Virus record (IMG/VR): IMGVR_UViG_3300042514_001623
Location: 1 to 63,009 of that record
Source: a virus
Lineage: Duplodnaviria; Caudoviricetes
Direction: 5' to 3' (one strand)
Length of the DNA stretch: 63,009 nucleotides
Shown here one piece after another: positions 61,982 through 63,009 of this stretch (position 1 is its first letter; each line of letters begins with the position of its first letter). A program made the position numbers and the translations under genes. The notes beneath the pieces were generated by a model. The model had not been told where the DNA came from. It saw only the letters and a list, made by a program, of their open reading frames with translations, and did not search any database.

Positions 61982-63009
61982 ATGTCTGGTACCAACGTCG
62001 CACGCGGCTCGAACCTCGCGCTGCAACAGTATTCCGTGGCCGTCACCGCCCAGGTGATCCGCGCCCCGGGCAACCTCAACGCCCTGACCGGCCCCGCGCC
62101 GAAGCAGAGCGACGCCGAAGCGAACATGAAGCAGCAGACCTCTGCTGACATGCCGTTCGTGCGCATCACCGACCTGTCCACCGACCCGAAGGGCGACAAG
62201 GTGACGGTCGACGCCTTCAACATCGTCGGCGGCAAGCCCATCATGGGCGACCGCAACGCCGAGGGCAAAGGCAAGCGCCTGAGCTCTTCGTCGTTCGACA
62301 TGCTGATCGACCTCGCCACGTTCAACGTGGACGCCGGCGGCAAGATGAGCCGCCAGCGCACCCGCCACGAACTGCGCCGCATCGCCCGCGCGGCCATCGC
62401 CGGCTACTTCCCGCGCCTCATCTGGCAGCGTGCACTGACCCACCTGGCCGGCGCGCGTGGCTTCCAGACGGGTTCCTCGTGGGACATCCCGCTGGCCAGC
62501 GATGAGGACTTCGCCGAGATCATGGTGAACCCGGTGAAGGCGCCGACCTACAACCGGCACCTCGTCATCGACGGCACCAACCTCGTGCAAGGCGGCCTGC
62601 AACTGCAGACCTGCGACAGCGCGGACAAGTGGAGCCTGGCGGCGCTGGACAACCTGGCCCTGTACCTGGAGAGCCTGGACACCAAGCTGCCGCCGCCGCG
62701 CATCACCGGCGACGATCAGGCCTATGACAGCCCCCTCAAGGGCTGCCTGTACCTGAGCCCCGGCCAGTACAACGACCTCATCACCGATGCCAGCGCGGGC
62801 AACAACCTGCGCGCCTTCCAGGCCGCGGTGGAGCAGCGTCAGAAGTGGGCCAAGGGCACGGCGCTGTTCATGGGCGAGTGCGGCATCTGGCGCGGCATCC
62901 TCGTGAAGAAGATGGAGCACACCATCGCCTTCAACGCCGGCTCGAAGTTCCAGTACGTGCCGGTGGCCAACCGCCTGACCGCGACGGAAGCCGAGGGCAC
63001 GGTGGCCGC
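61982..63009 (+). CDS. Major capsid protein (N4-gp56/DUF4043-like), 5' part; continues at 128-395
   Basis: AAGGA RBS; DL....GD.V..D, P.MGD...EG.G, GGKMS.QRT.H.LR, HLAGARG. Confidence 0.88.
   Translation, partial: MSGTNVARGSNLALQQYSVAVTAQVIRAPGNLNALTGPAPKQSDAEANMKQQTSADMPFVRITDLSTDPKGDKVTVDAFNIVGGKPIMGDRNAEGKGKRLSSSSFDMLIDLATFNVDAGGKMSRQRTRHELRRIARAAIAGYFPRLIWQRALTHLAGARGFQTGSSWDIPLASDEDFAEIMVNPVKAPTYNRHLVIDGTNLVQGGLQLQTCDSADKWSLAALDNLALYLESLDTKLPPPRITGDDQAYDSPLKGCLYLSPGQYNDLITDASAGNNLRAFQAAVEQRQKWAKGTALFMGECGIWRGILVKKMEHTIAFNAGSKFQYVPVANRLTATEAEGTVA
62883..63009. repeat. Terminal direct repeat, copy 2
   Basis: Identical to 1-127. Confidence 0.95.

Noticed and set aside
62883-63009. 127-bp repeat as a biological terminal repeat
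   Set aside because: It falls mid-capsid gene and equals a common assembler k-mer length; most likely a circular overlap

Overview
The window looks like a complete, circularly permuted genome of a GC-rich temperate podovirus-type phage. The first 127 nt are repeated at 62883-63009, giving about 62,882 bp of unique sequence. The gene set resembles Bcep22/BcepIL02-like Burkholderiales phages, judged by recognition rather than by a search. Modules, in order: N4-gp56-like capsid (spanning the contig junction), adaptor/nozzle and tail fibres; ejection proteins and a 4647-aa DarB-like methyltransferase/SNF2-helicase/PLxRFG protein; a lysis cassette interrupted by two HNH-type genes; attP (a tRNA 3' end lying inside the integrase ORF), int and xis; a leftward replication/nin operon; a cro/cI switch with TTACCG-N4-CGGTAA operators; ERF/exonuclease recombination genes; an accessory region; a late virion module; terminase, portal and scaffold. 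The most striking unexplained structure is an array of six integron-like gene cassettes at about 47.8-49.9 kb. They are bounded by attC-type GCCTAAC...GTTAGGC hairpins, no IntI is recognisable in the genome, and some ORFs start inside the attC itself. Other notable items: genes nested inside the giant ORF (an antisense HNH with its own promoter and RBS, plus two +1-frame overprinted ORFs), a TerS-HTH::GIY-YIG fusion, integration-dependent swapping of the integrase C-terminus, and a probable two-domain nucleotide-sponge anti-defence protein. All family assignments come from motif recognition by eye; no database searches were run.
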